NCBI GenBank assembly: GCA_963702895.1
Contig: OY969767.1
Location: 1,376,001-1,440,000, forward strand
From: an uncultured Elusimicrobia bacterium
GTDB taxonomy: Bacteria; Elusimicrobiota; Elusimicrobia; 2-01-FULL-59-12
Direction of reading: 5' to 3'
DNA length: 64,000 bases
Shown here: positions 50,301-58,737 of the stretch, in pieces
Layout of the letters: each line of letters begins with the position of its first letter
Position numbering within the stretch: the first letter of the stretch is position 1
The notes under the pieces: model-generated
Databases searched by the model: none
Seen by the model: only the letters and a program-made list of their open reading frames with translations
Told to the model about the DNA's origin: nothing
Program-made: the position numbers and the translations under genes

Positions 50301-51876
50301 AGCCCGTCTTCGGATAAGCGGCAAGCACCCTTTCAATGATATCTCGATCTCTGGCCCTACCATTGAAAAACCAACCCCCTACTCGGCGGCCGTGGTGGAT
50401 TTCTTAAACAGCGACCCGGCGGCCTTTCAATCCAGCGTGCAGCTGGAGCAGCTCGACATCACCGACCATGATTCGCTGGACCCCGTTTTAGACGGTGTCG
50501 ACCTGATCATGGTCAACCACGTCATGGAATATTTGCACCCGGCGGACGTAAAGCCCTTCTTGCAACACCTGTACCAGAAGGCCCCGCAAGCCTGGTTGGC
50601 CATGGAAAATGAATACAGTACTCCCGCCGAAGCTCACCACCGCCAATGGATACCTTATCAGCCGACGCATTTGCCGGGCTTTCGCCCAACGGATTCAGGA
50701 AGCAGCTCACTTCCCGGCGAGAACACACCCCGGTCAGCGGCTGTGGTCGGCATCTTCGCCAGCTGGCTCGCGCTCAGTCAGGCCGCATCCTCCGCTCACC
50801 TCCCCAGTAGGTTGGAATCCCTGCTTTCATTCTTCTATTCGATATCGCCGCTCTTTCCCTGGCTCATGCTCGCCGCGACAGCGGTCTGGCTGGCGGGCAC
50901 CTTTGTCGCGCTGAGAACTCTTTGGAGGCACCCCTCTCGGGTGCCGAGCATAAGACAGGGCGGTACGGCTTCGCCCAGCCCGGCCAGAGCGCTCACTTTT
51001 CGGTACTATTCCGAACTGACCCCCGGACAAAAAGCTGATGTAACGCTAGCTTCATTAATCAGAAGGTTAGGAGCAAGACGTGAGGTGCACGTCTACGATA
51101 CGAAACCATTGGGCAGCCGGTGGGGCCAATTGCCGATCCTCACCCGGTGGAGCCTGCGCCGTTTCACGCGTAACCTGACCCCTGATCCGACAACACTCAG
51201 ACTCGATGCTCTCGTCGCCTATCGTGGAGACATTCCCATGGGTGTTTACGCGTTCATCGATCTCGGTCCAGATCGTCAAATTGTTATGGACAACGGCATC
51301 TACATGGACGCCGACCAGAGGCAGAACGGATACGGTGGAAAACTCACGAAGGAACTCCTCAGCAGGCTGGCAGAGCGCGGGTACAGAATGTTCGTTTTGG
51401 GACCGCCTTTGGGAACGGCTGAAGCGGAGGGGCTCCGTCGGTGGCTGAGCGCTGCCCCAGGCGTTGAAACGCGGGGCAGAACAACCATCGTCCATCTCGC
51501 TAACTACCGAACAAACACCGCCAATTCCCAAGCCGCCGGCAAACCCAAAGGCAAAACAAACGATTCCGCCCCGGAAGCGGAGCCCGCTGACGCGCCGCGC
51601 GGCATAAAGCTTCGCAGTTCCGCGCTGGCCGGCGCTCTCGCCAGCGCGATCGCGCTCAGCCAGGCGCCGTTTGCCCCCCAACTGCCGGATTGGCTTTCTC
51701 CCCTCTTCAGCACGGCGAGTTCGCTGGCGCCGCTCGTTCCCTGGGTGGGGATGGCCGCCGTGATCGGTTGGCTTTTACGGCCAGCTCTGACTCGCATGCT
51801 GTTGAAGGCCCTTCCCCGCCTGCGCGGCAGTCGTTCATCCCGAGCCATCCATCATCACCTTCGAGCCGCGGCCTGA
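41356..51876 (+). CDS. Giant multidomain membrane protein 3 (3506 aa)
   Basis: Uninterrupted ORF. NagB-like domain (PTGSTP, TFNMDEY, GHVAFNE, ALTMG), SAM MTase (LELGAGLG), transglutaminase (GDCD...HA...W..FDP), LysM (YRVQPGQSF..IA), zincin-like (EELGH), kinase-like (HRYPHFGN...D), CheR-like (DLGVSTGE), GNAT. Confidence 0.88.
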   Translation: MPKSLIRIVALILVPCMLLDPSSAFAELARPAAWRAPFPAGVSLASPQATHAALRLDSFPFGIQALVPPSWLSRPISWIQRASELARQASRNRFQVRWTSLAGSPFSFPVLGTDERPIRPVQFSVSQNEIGGGQDGTGQIVTTPSGSRFQVFDTPQTMAAAQAGEIAEIIHANDAAGRITILILPTGSTPIPVYHELVRLYQARQLSFRNVHTFNMDEYYPGPQAPCAWAQHPQSYRRFMDELLFSKVDIPRANIHFLNGQAADPAAEAARYEQEFRDLAPNGADLELGGVGSRGHVAFNEAVVHLTDDFLQRLTSKNREALGLSNDFALEVTAGHELAALAMILQGHWNFREGETFVRWLRARIKTTGRITEESLQKLAERLRRQRVTIGWNPDSPDAKDIQDFVNQASARFGFPIELADLRKLDDSQTHLRELALSTVVDNSVHFAEPADIPTQALTMGLGTLRHSQRTRILASTPNKIPPLEQVAAGPVSEQVPVTDVLRHPDTRFLVTQAAIPPTVRTALARTSGLVLNSQPETRNPKAESGTPAARDTKLYTHPIAVMALAWMASSHFYSWDPAGTGLLLLLTIAPLMAWQGRIFRGKSGMNTFRRLDALLRHLRGLSYARCRELLATGLDRFVPPRRKHRQREFPAIALPAAAPGNPFQLRPPTAVELAFPSRYESAVHAKFVGNDPYDDRTRAIVQAHATAAYVDLMREIFKRTGGTLRGVSFLELGAGLGAIVDVLRTRAGVDAQGIEVRREFVQFARDHGVPLIQGTLLEVPLELAGKTFQITFSRQLLDAIETTDRATEGPMPSQVTHEEELRVLATIAALTAPGGWSIHQTYSSNPIPFTDEELTQAGFQIVSMNPRRTMMVLRRLSDPPPSSPVRRPEAAEETIKPEGKKGPSLYTHPIALMALAWMASSHFYGWDPAGILPLLLLLVPLMAWGPGRYRQWMTSLSGRGPRYKAKQWERKLDEDLRRLRGKGSKAGTLPFELYPGADAGARKPASPRPARPATQLPEAVPVSDPSVSLDLAPAAAVSLAPAAATAVSPPSPIADSPPPSTDGSPTRRPADPPTRRVAALDVDPAAPATSPFRPWRWIAAGIAVAAVVAALHFGPTTFRQFRDGSSTPRPSSSASQDYVYEPGPASETTHDRVRTMMGPYYGMDLQGHRAESGEPRADAGAPSQPPALNPLENIADIQLSGHAANEMLMMAFANTMEDGGVLSHAGRIDFVPSDKLTKERTKVTLILPALRQGQAMRMPIPLNRRVDPLSISDPRLWVDAQGWLTAREDTPPLTVTFDWITTLENGSFRANFPVTPWMEREFQDIPPEVRRDLDRALGLDEHGRASVLAGVVEKYLGYNQQQRVQLRRGTWNRFIGEVLETEGRFKGDCDVLATVGWIWARYLGLDAVMAAGRNNRGGGSRSGTNMSHAVMVIRIGGKWLEFDPSKWAPPVASESLAPDQPSADGKRLDAGPMPTPLKPSPQFVATFIPNPELFPPPRTGPPASAKPTAERPVPPGVGQESPKTEPGAKVGPAEKPASAKKPASTETPAKRPSTYRVQPGQSFNDIARLIFTDEKYPYPAALDLIVDNINHTIGGDPDRLMAGVDLIVRPTSAYSSPVAGMDWEWGLHRKYGRAWYERRHALLQQALTRESQRPSPYTSEYQSELRARAGARWRSIEFDILAINDILNWIEQRFGVRFQRVDLMQAMAQTMERSQIILKLTSTGRSKSGTTAAPKQTADGESAKRRSGEPADLPLGHSTKTSPDDRLIAPKSITPLMAGLLQAPLWWWGLSHLLGGPQTPLLTQAAFLALPAIPLGAALALFAAGVVVAGMAVLGRKVLKQTRPERIEIQLTPMDRPYQLDLVKSGGSHSRGDLIRLDLEEMRLEAHKTGVPGRMAVRRVYLEELGHAVDARRFVREGRPLSGFVRPNSPLQTYWDHHNPKDPEHDMKELVAGLRHILFAQTPFEAERALIKLSQVANDPTDSHYWGGRFALERILQRIDAGRGERVDDLTNYLPRLIYGSGAFPDLPTLRLLAKELCIENLRDYPPDGDGLPALSADGSRIDVPDETQQALATVWRAFETYTGKSLADDAVPTPEHVRHSQAARSGLPGFDRTGHSIHDPGLAQGRKMVGMVIAGLLQAPLWWWGLSHLLGGPQTPLLTQAAFLTMPAIPLGDALISFAVGAAWIVVAGMAVFGSGAPAPGQEGVSGPVSPGPSSNTAAAVRRSFEAQARVLAGIPTVTEFEANFPGTIRRVDLGPGYSNSLRAGEVPKIDFTRRIQGRVYQPPPASENDWPKWLDLYVEKDAQALVVRLMRAGFRPDYSNAYGDGLKGVWWTRTSHHTDTVGSNATNTFFTPLTEEDYLAPDQGEHPGETPNDPGAPVTPTEPPLNWIEKNDAALEQLSPIDRQLVDAILQGALHGDAELLAQYPEKVYIDPIEVGRSDEGRTIFLKLETSILVEGRYLTHLRFKGARPHKGRYGQGNQVAYLGRRGHVERPVTVDQEGRLTVFAGQLDPMGGMRRIGAANEYALMQSENSQGAYRTDVPIGWGIFPGFAFENEPLGWAIAGMEGPDVRINGRRQNQLILRSRTNDPYGMIELSQEQSQHLARLIGESICAYHQKGRYHRYPHFGNIGVAYDTVTRSIRSVVLRDLETSVRKDSLSGSPKEIENQIIAWRFRDVIRLIYQFSFRPRPNDPLIGALLRGYFPEGTLRNDDLQALLVTICRPNFLDDYASLFYDDETQDLSNLIDTLDIQSHPNYQHLWNAIRQSMASQPATPEGNDGSATQEHPGRIDPTGLRRVLPAIALLAALPWTYGFTSISGSPGSGAAIPLGAALALFAAGIAVLISGNSPRKRKILTKAASHKAGRQKPVSGDAPGPSRHVYPDPVVMEKSRYDLPKSLKSWSWLARNKDQRQWLRDVFLPRLLATQNLRAPGQIKVVDLGVSTGEVLARTYYEIFQHLIENTLKGTWKARMVGVDRDATVLAEARLRISGKHPFNDISISGPTIEKPTPYSAAVVDFLNSDPAAFQSSVQLEQLDITDHDSLDPVLDGVDLIMVNHVMEYLHPADVKPFLQHLYQKAPQAWLAMENEYSTPAEAHHRQWIPYQPTHLPGFRPTDSGSSSLPGENTPRSAAVVGIFASWLALSQAASSAHLPSRLESLLSFFYSISPLFPWLMLAATAVWLAGTFVALRTLWRHPSRVPSIRQGGTASPSPARALTFRYYSELTPGQKADVTLASLIRRLGARREVHVYDTKPLGSRWGQLPILTRWSLRRFTRNLTPDPTTLRLDALVAYRGDIPMGVYAFIDLGPDRQIVMDNGIYMDADQRQNGYGGKLTKELLSRLAERGYRMFVLGPPLGTAEAEGLRRWLSAAPGVETRGRTTIVHLANYRTNTANSQAAGKPKGKTNDSAPEAEPADAPRGIKLRSSALAGALASAIALSQAPFAPQLPDWLSPLFSTASSLAPLVPWVGMAAVIGWLLRPALTRMLLKALPRLRGSRSSRAIHHHLRAAA

Positions 51877-51886
51877 CCCGAGAGAT

Positions 51887-52100
51887 TAGCCGGGAAACTG
51901 CAGTTGCCGTCACCCCGGCGGATTGTTAGCCGGCCCTCCACACATCCGGCGGGCCGTCCGCCCTGCCGTGTGGCGGACGGGGTCTATCACCGTCGTAAAC
52001 GGAATGATGGATCCCCCCCTTACGACCGGGGGGGATGACGGTACAAAAAAGTCCCGACGTCTCAGTCAATAAAGAACGTTCAACAGAACTTTTCCGGTTA
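51887..52100. repeat. MITE-like element with REP-like doublet, homologous to 4370-4731
   Basis: TAGCCGGGAAACTGCAGTTG...GACGTCTCAGT...GAACTTTTCCGGTTA matches the ends of the 4370 element. Confidence 0.75.
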
Positions 52101-52111
52101 GGTAAGCTCCT

Positions 52112-52275
52112 CGAAGATTAGGCAGGCCCCCCCCAGAAAGATTAGGTAGGTTGTCCGAAAGATTAAGCAGGATGACGGAAAGAATGATACGGCTCCTCGA
52201 AGAATGAGACGCTTGCTCCGGAAAGAATGAGACGGTTGGCAGAAAGAATGAGACGGTTCCTGGGAAAAGACGAAC
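52112..52275. repeat. Array of 7-8 degenerate motifs (AAGATTAGGCAGG / AAGAATGAGACGG), 20-24 bp spacing
   Basis: AAG cores at about 52114, 52138, 52159, 52180, 52200, 52223 and 52244. Confidence 0.8.
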
Positions 52276-52374
52276 CGGGAAAAGTTCTATTGAGCTTGTT
52301 GTATCGGCTCCGGGGTCTGAAACAAAGTTCTAAAAAGTGTTCCGCTGGGCCTGGCCCCAAGTTCAGACTTAGCG

Positions 52375-52839
52375 CTATGACGCGTCCGGGGTGATACCTT
52401 TGACGATGTCGCGGACTTCAGTCTTTCGGCGCTCCATTTCATCACCAAGCTTGTTGAGTCCCTCTGAATCCAGGACCCGCTCCGAAAGCGGGAATAGCCC
52501 CTCTTCTTCCTTCGAAAAATGCGTCTCAAGAAGCACTCTCACCTGGAGGGCATAAGACCGCCATTCCTTGCTTTTGGCCGCATGCCCCAAGCGGAGCTGG
52601 GTCAGGAGCTCGTTGATATCTTTGTGTTCCTGAGCGATTTCGTCGGAGAGACGCCGCAAGGACGACTCCTTCTGCAGCGCCGGCAGGAAAATAGCGTCTT
52701 CAAACCAGGCATGGCCGACTACGGTGCGGTGCAGCGTGCTGGCGATCTCCCCAAATCGCGGGTTTTCGGGATGAAAAGCTTCCATCACCTTGCGAATGAG
52801 CCGGTGGTCGGTGAGGAGTTTGTCGGTTGCTTTGGTCAT
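52375..52839 (-). CDS. Hemerythrin (HHE) domain protein
   Basis: L..DH, H...E...FLP, EH, HFSKEEEGLFP. Confidence 0.85.
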   Translation of the reverse strand: MTKATDKLLTDHRLIRKVMEAFHPENPRFGEIASTLHRTVVGHAWFEDAIFLPALQKESSLRRLSDEIAQEHKDINELLTQLRLGHAAKSKEWRSYALQVRVLLETHFSKEEEGLFPLSERVLDSEGLNKLGDEMERRKTEVRDIVKGITPDAS

Positions 52840-53192
52840 GACTTGGCAGGCGGCTCCCCCGGTTTCACCATGACGAGAAGCATTTTGAATCGTTTGACCG
52901 CCTTCAGGGCATGCGGGTGGTTGGCCGGCATCATGAAGATTTCCCCCTTACGCACCCGTACGGGCTTTCCGGAGATGGAGATCTCGGCCTCGCCGTCAAG
53001 AAGATACACCAGCGCGTCATAGGGCGCCGTATGCTCGCTTAACTCCTGAGCTTCGTCAAAGGCGAAGAACGTGACGCTGCCGGTCGGCTTCTGGATGAGT
53101 TTGCGGCTGACGATGCTTTCGGTTTGGTAGTCCGACCAATCGACGAGGGGCGCGGGCTGCGTACAAAGATCTTCGATGCGCTTGTTATCCAT
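52836..53192 (-). CDS. Cupin domain protein
   Basis: FAFDEAQELSEHTAPYDA...MPANHPHAL. Confidence 0.88.
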   Translation of the reverse strand: MDNKRIEDLCTQPAPLVDWSDYQTESIVSRKLIQKPTGSVTFFAFDEAQELSEHTAPYDALVYLLDGEAEISISGKPVRVRKGEIFMMPANHPHALKAVKRFKMLLVMVKPGEPPAKS

Positions 53193-53262
53193 AGGATATG
53201 CCTTGAATAATGAAGATTCCTTTCGTTCCTGATTGATGCAATTGATGACTGCGGTGTTTAGT

Positions 53263-53340
53263 GCCGTCACCCCGGCGAACGCCGGGGTCTATCGAATATC
53301 GAAGGAAAATAATGGATCCCGGCTTTCGCCGGGATGACGT
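53263..53340. repeat. REP-like palindromic doublet downstream of rpoD
   Basis: GTCACCCCGGCGAACGCCGGGGTC...GGATCCCGGCTTTCGCCGGGATGAC. Confidence 0.8.
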
Positions 53341-53361
53341 CAGCTGCAGTGCTCCGGCTGA

Positions 53362-55104
<1,743 letters not shown>

Positions 55105-55112
<8 letters not shown>

Positions 55113-56910
55113 GTAAGGAAGCCTCCCTCGAAATGTTCAAATCCGGTTTGGAACCTTTGAGTCGACGTGAGAGGCTGTTGTAGTGCTGTATCTTTTGGGC
55201 ATCTTGCGGCAGGCGCCCCTCAATCATCGCATCAATGTCCTGCTTTAAATCTTGCCATTCCTGATGCTCCTGGCTCTTGCGCCAGCTTTCCATCAGCTCC
55301 TGCATCAGCGCCGCGGGCTTTGTGTACTGGCGGTCCTGCATGAGCCTGGCTGAGAGCCAATCGCGCGTATTCTCAGGAAGCGCGCCGAGGAGATCCGCGA
55401 GAGGGAACGTCCCCTCCGCCGCTTGGGTCCGTGCCATCTTCCAGACTTCCGCGCACGGGGGAGTCCGCCAAGCTAAGGAGTCCAGCATCGTTCTCCCCTC
55501 GTCGGAGGGATGTCGCAGGAATAAAACGAGGAGCTCCTCCTCGAGGGGAACGATCCCGGGCAGCGCCTCCGAGGGAGCGCTCGCCGTCGTCGGTGTTGGG
55601 GGACGACGATCTGTTTCGAGCCGCATGCGCTTCATTTGCTGGCCAAGGACCGACTTTTCGACCCTCAAGACGTTGGCCAAGCGGCCCAGATATTCATCCT
55701 GCAGCAGGGGGTCCTTGATCTTATGGATGACCGGCAGGACGTCCTGCGCGATCGCGAGCTTGGTTTCCGGAGCGTAACCGGGATGCCGCTTTTGTGCGGC
55801 CGCGATAAAATAGTCCATAAACGGCATCGCCTTCTCGAGATACTGCATCAGAGACGCGTGTCCCTCCTTCACGAGAATCTCATCCGGGTCGAGCCCGCCG
55901 GGAAGCGTGACCGTATCGACGGTGAAGCCGTCTGCGACCAACAGCTCGCCGCCGCGAAGCGTCGCCTGGGCCCCCGCCGCATCGGGATCAAAGAGGAGGG
56001 TCACGCGGTCCGCATAGCGGCGCAATATTCTCACATGATCTTCGGTCAAGGCTGTTCCCAAGGTGGCCATGGTCTGGAGCAAGCCATATTGATGGCAGGT
56101 CACCACATCCATGTAGCCTTCCAGGATCACCGCATGGCGCTCCTTGCGCAAAGTCGCCAGGCCCTGAAAAAGACCGTACAAATGCCTGCTCTTCGAGTAG
56201 ACCGGCGTTTCCGAAGAGTTGATGTATTTGGGCATGGCGTCCCCCATGGCCCGGCCTCCAAAGGCCACGGTGCGTCCCTGGACATCGGTAATGGGAAAGA
56301 TGATGCGGTTCCAGAAAGCGTCGTAGATGCGGTCGCCGCCTTCTTTTCTTCGCACCAGGCCCGCCTTCTCGAGGCGATCGATGGGCCAGCCCTTGCGGGA
56401 AGCCGCGTCACGCAGCGCGCAGCCCGAAGCCGGCGCGAAGCCGATCAGAAAAGAACGAAGCGTCTCGGGGGTCAGGCCGCGCTTGGCCAAGTAGAGGCGC
56501 GCGGCCTCCGCCTCTTGAGACTCCATCAGGTGGCGATGGTAAAACGTGGCGGCGTCTTCGAGCAGCCCGTAGAGGTCCTGTTTTTGGCGGGCATCGGCGG
56601 AGAGGTCTTCGCGATGGTCGGTTTCAATCGTCACCCCCACGCGCGCCGCGAGTTTTCGGATGGCCTCCGGGTACGACAGGCCTTCGGTCAGCATCAGAAA
56701 TTTGAAAGCGTCGCCGCCCACGCCGCAGCCAAAGCATTTGAAGACGCCCATCTCGGGATTGACGTTGAACGAAGGCGTCCGCTCTTCATGAAAGGGGCAG
56801 CGGGCCATAAAATTACGGCCTCGCTTCTTGAGCGTGGGCACGTGCTCGCGCACAAGTTCAGCCAGATTCAAGCTCTCCCGGATCCGGGCGATGGTTTCTT
56901 CTGGAATCAT
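55105..56910 (-). CDS. dnaG: DNA primase
   Basis: CPFHEERTPSF...CFGC zinc finger, FGGR, KYINS, EGYMD, DPD. Confidence 0.97.
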
Positions 56911-56983
56911 TTTTATAGAGGGGAGAAGGGGGAAGGGCGATGAGAGACGGGTCTCCTCTCACCCCTCGCCTCTCACTCCTCGG

Positions 56984-57430
56984 TCAGCCTTTTAGTAATT
57001 GTTGAACGAACTGCTGGGCCAGTTTTCCATCGGCCCGCCCCTTGATTTGGGGCATGAGGGCCGACATCACTTTGCCCATGTCCTGCGGACCTTTGGCGCC
57101 CGCAGAAGCGATCGCCGCCTGCACCAGGCTCTTGAGCTCGTTTTCGCTCAGCGGCTCGGGAAGATAAGCTTTCAAGACGTGAAGCTCCGCCTCTTCCTTG
57201 GACACAAGGTCCTGGCGCCCTGCCTTTTCATACTCCGCCATGGACTCTTTGCGGCGCTTGGCTTCGGCCTGGACGACCTCGAGGATTTCCCCTTCCGGAA
57301 GGGTCTTCTTTTTTTCCACTTCCTTGTACCGGATCGCCGAGACGAGCATCCGCAAGGTGGACATGCGGACGCTGTCCTTTTTCTTCATGGCTTCGAGAAG
57401 TTCTTTGGAAATCTGATCCAAGCTCAGCAC
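56984..57430 (-). CDS. GatB/YqeY domain protein
   Basis: AMK..D...TLRML, RKES, YLP, DMGKVM, GRADG. Confidence 0.92.
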   Translation of the reverse strand: MLSLDQISKELLEAMKKKDSVRMSTLRMLVSAIRYKEVEKKKTLPEGEILEVVQAEAKRRKESMAEYEKAGRQDLVSKEEAELHVLKAYLPEPLSENELKSLVQAAIASAGAKGPQDMGKVMSALMPQIKGRADGKLAQQFVQQLLKG

Positions 57431-57439
57431 GCGGGCACC

Positions 57440-57631
57440 CTATCCCTTCATCATGCGGCGCCGCATCTTGCGACGCGCCTCAAGCGCCTTTTTCTTACGC
57501 CGGACGCTCGGCGGTTCGTAATATTCCCGCCGTTTGATTTCCTGCATGATCCCGTTGCGCTCGCATTCCTTTTTGAAACGACGAAGCGCTTCCTCAATCG
57601 ATTCATTCTCTCTTACTTTAATGACGACCAA
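57440..57631 (-). CDS. rpsU: 30S ribosomal protein S21
   Basis: [15 protein letters not shown]...REYYEPPS. Confidence 0.96.
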   Translation of the reverse strand: MVVIKVRENESIEEALRRFKKECERNGIMQEIKRREYYEPPSVRRKKKALEARRKMRRRMMKG

Positions 57632-57731
57632 AGTCCCACCATCCTTTCATCACACCGATGACAGATAAAATCCCTGGGGCGAAAAGGAGGACGCCTTTGT
57701 TTCCCCTCGTCCCTACTGACGGATCCCGTAC

Positions 57732-58088
57732 TCAGCCCGGAGGCCAGCGGAGTGGACGACCCGCTAAAACGTGATAATGGAGATGTCCGACGGCTTGTCC
57801 GGAATCCTTCCCATGATTGACGACGGTCCGAAAACCTTTTTCTGCAATATTCTCTTGCCTGGCGACCCTTTGAATCGTGCGATGCAGGTCGAGCAAGCCG
57901 TCTTTGTGCGACGGCTCTAAAGCCATCAAATTATCGATATGCGCTTTCGGTATAACCAGAATGTGGACAGGCGCTCCGGGGTGGATATCGCGAAATGCCA
58001 GTGACTGATCGGTTTCCGCAACGATGGTGGCCGGAATTTTTCTAGCCACAATGCCACAAAACAAACACGCTTCTCCAGCTCCCGCCAT
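57732..58088 (-). CDS. HIT family (HinT-like) protein
   Basis: CLFC, AFRDIHP.APVH, GQAV.HLHYH. Confidence 0.93.
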   Translation of the reverse strand: MAGAGEACLFCGIVARKIPATIVAETDQSLAFRDIHPGAPVHILVIPKAHIDNLMALEPSHKDGLLDLHRTIQRVARQENIAEKGFRTVVNHGKDSGQAVGHLHYHVLAGRPLRWPPG

Positions 58089-58105
58089 TGGAAGCCGGTA
58101 TTATA

Positions 58106-58384
58106 TCAGGATTTCGTTGAAAAGATGCGCTGAAGCAGACGTTCTGCGAAGGGCATATGGCGCCGCAAAAGGAAGGGCGCCGCAAGCGGTATTCCGACTT
58201 CGAGAAACCTTCCCAGGATGCCGCCCCGAGTGACAAAACTGAGCGCCAGGCGCGCCCAGGCCGGCATCTTCATCCCGTACTCATCGAGCATCCGGAAGGG
58301 GTAGGAGGAAAGCCTCGTGGCCCTTCGGCCCCGAAGCCGGTCCAGGAGCGCCGAGCGGCTTAGGATAAAATTTTCTGAATCCAA
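58106..58384 (-). CDS. Small hypothetical protein
   Basis: ORF fills the gap in the operon and overlaps the upstream gene. Confidence 0.5.
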   Translation of the reverse strand: MDSENFILSRSALLDRLRGRRATRLSSYPFRMLDEYGMKMPAWARLALSFVTRGGILGRFLEVGIPLAAPFLLRRHMPFAERLLQRIFSTKS

Positions 58385-58737
58385 TGGATGGTCTCCTGGA
58401 GTTCACGTTGGGTCGAAGCAAAGGGAGGCCCCACACGCTTATCGCGCCGTGCCAAGCGATAAATCACGAAGGCGATCACAAAATAGAGGGCCCCAAAGAT
58501 CAGCGCCGAAAGACTTAAAGGCAGGCCAAGCTTCATCAGACCGCCAATGAGCGCGACCTGCAGCACGATAAAGCCGGTCAGCACAAGGACCAAGATACAG
58601 GCGGCGCAAACGAGGCGCTTCGTGACCCGCTCCGTTTCGTAACGCAATTCGAGCGATGCCAGTTCCACATGATCGGAAAGCTGTCCCGCGACCTCTTTCC
58701 AGATGGTCTGGCGCTCGGGTGGACCGTTCTCAGTCAT
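58360..58737 (-). CDS. YqjE/holin-X-like membrane protein
   Basis: HVELASLEL, two TM segments, then PF..T..EL. Confidence 0.75.
   Translation of the reverse strand: MTENGPPERQTIWKEVAGQLSDHVELASLELRYETERVTKRLVCAACILVLVLTGFIVLQVALIGGLMKLGLPLSLSALIFGALYFVIAFVIYRLARRDKRVGPPFASTQRELQETIHWIQKILS

Noticed and set aside
26028..51876. Giant ORFs as NRPS/PKS, RHS or RTX adhesins
   Set aside because: No adenylation, ketosynthase, carrier-protein, YD or GGxGxD motifs were seen.
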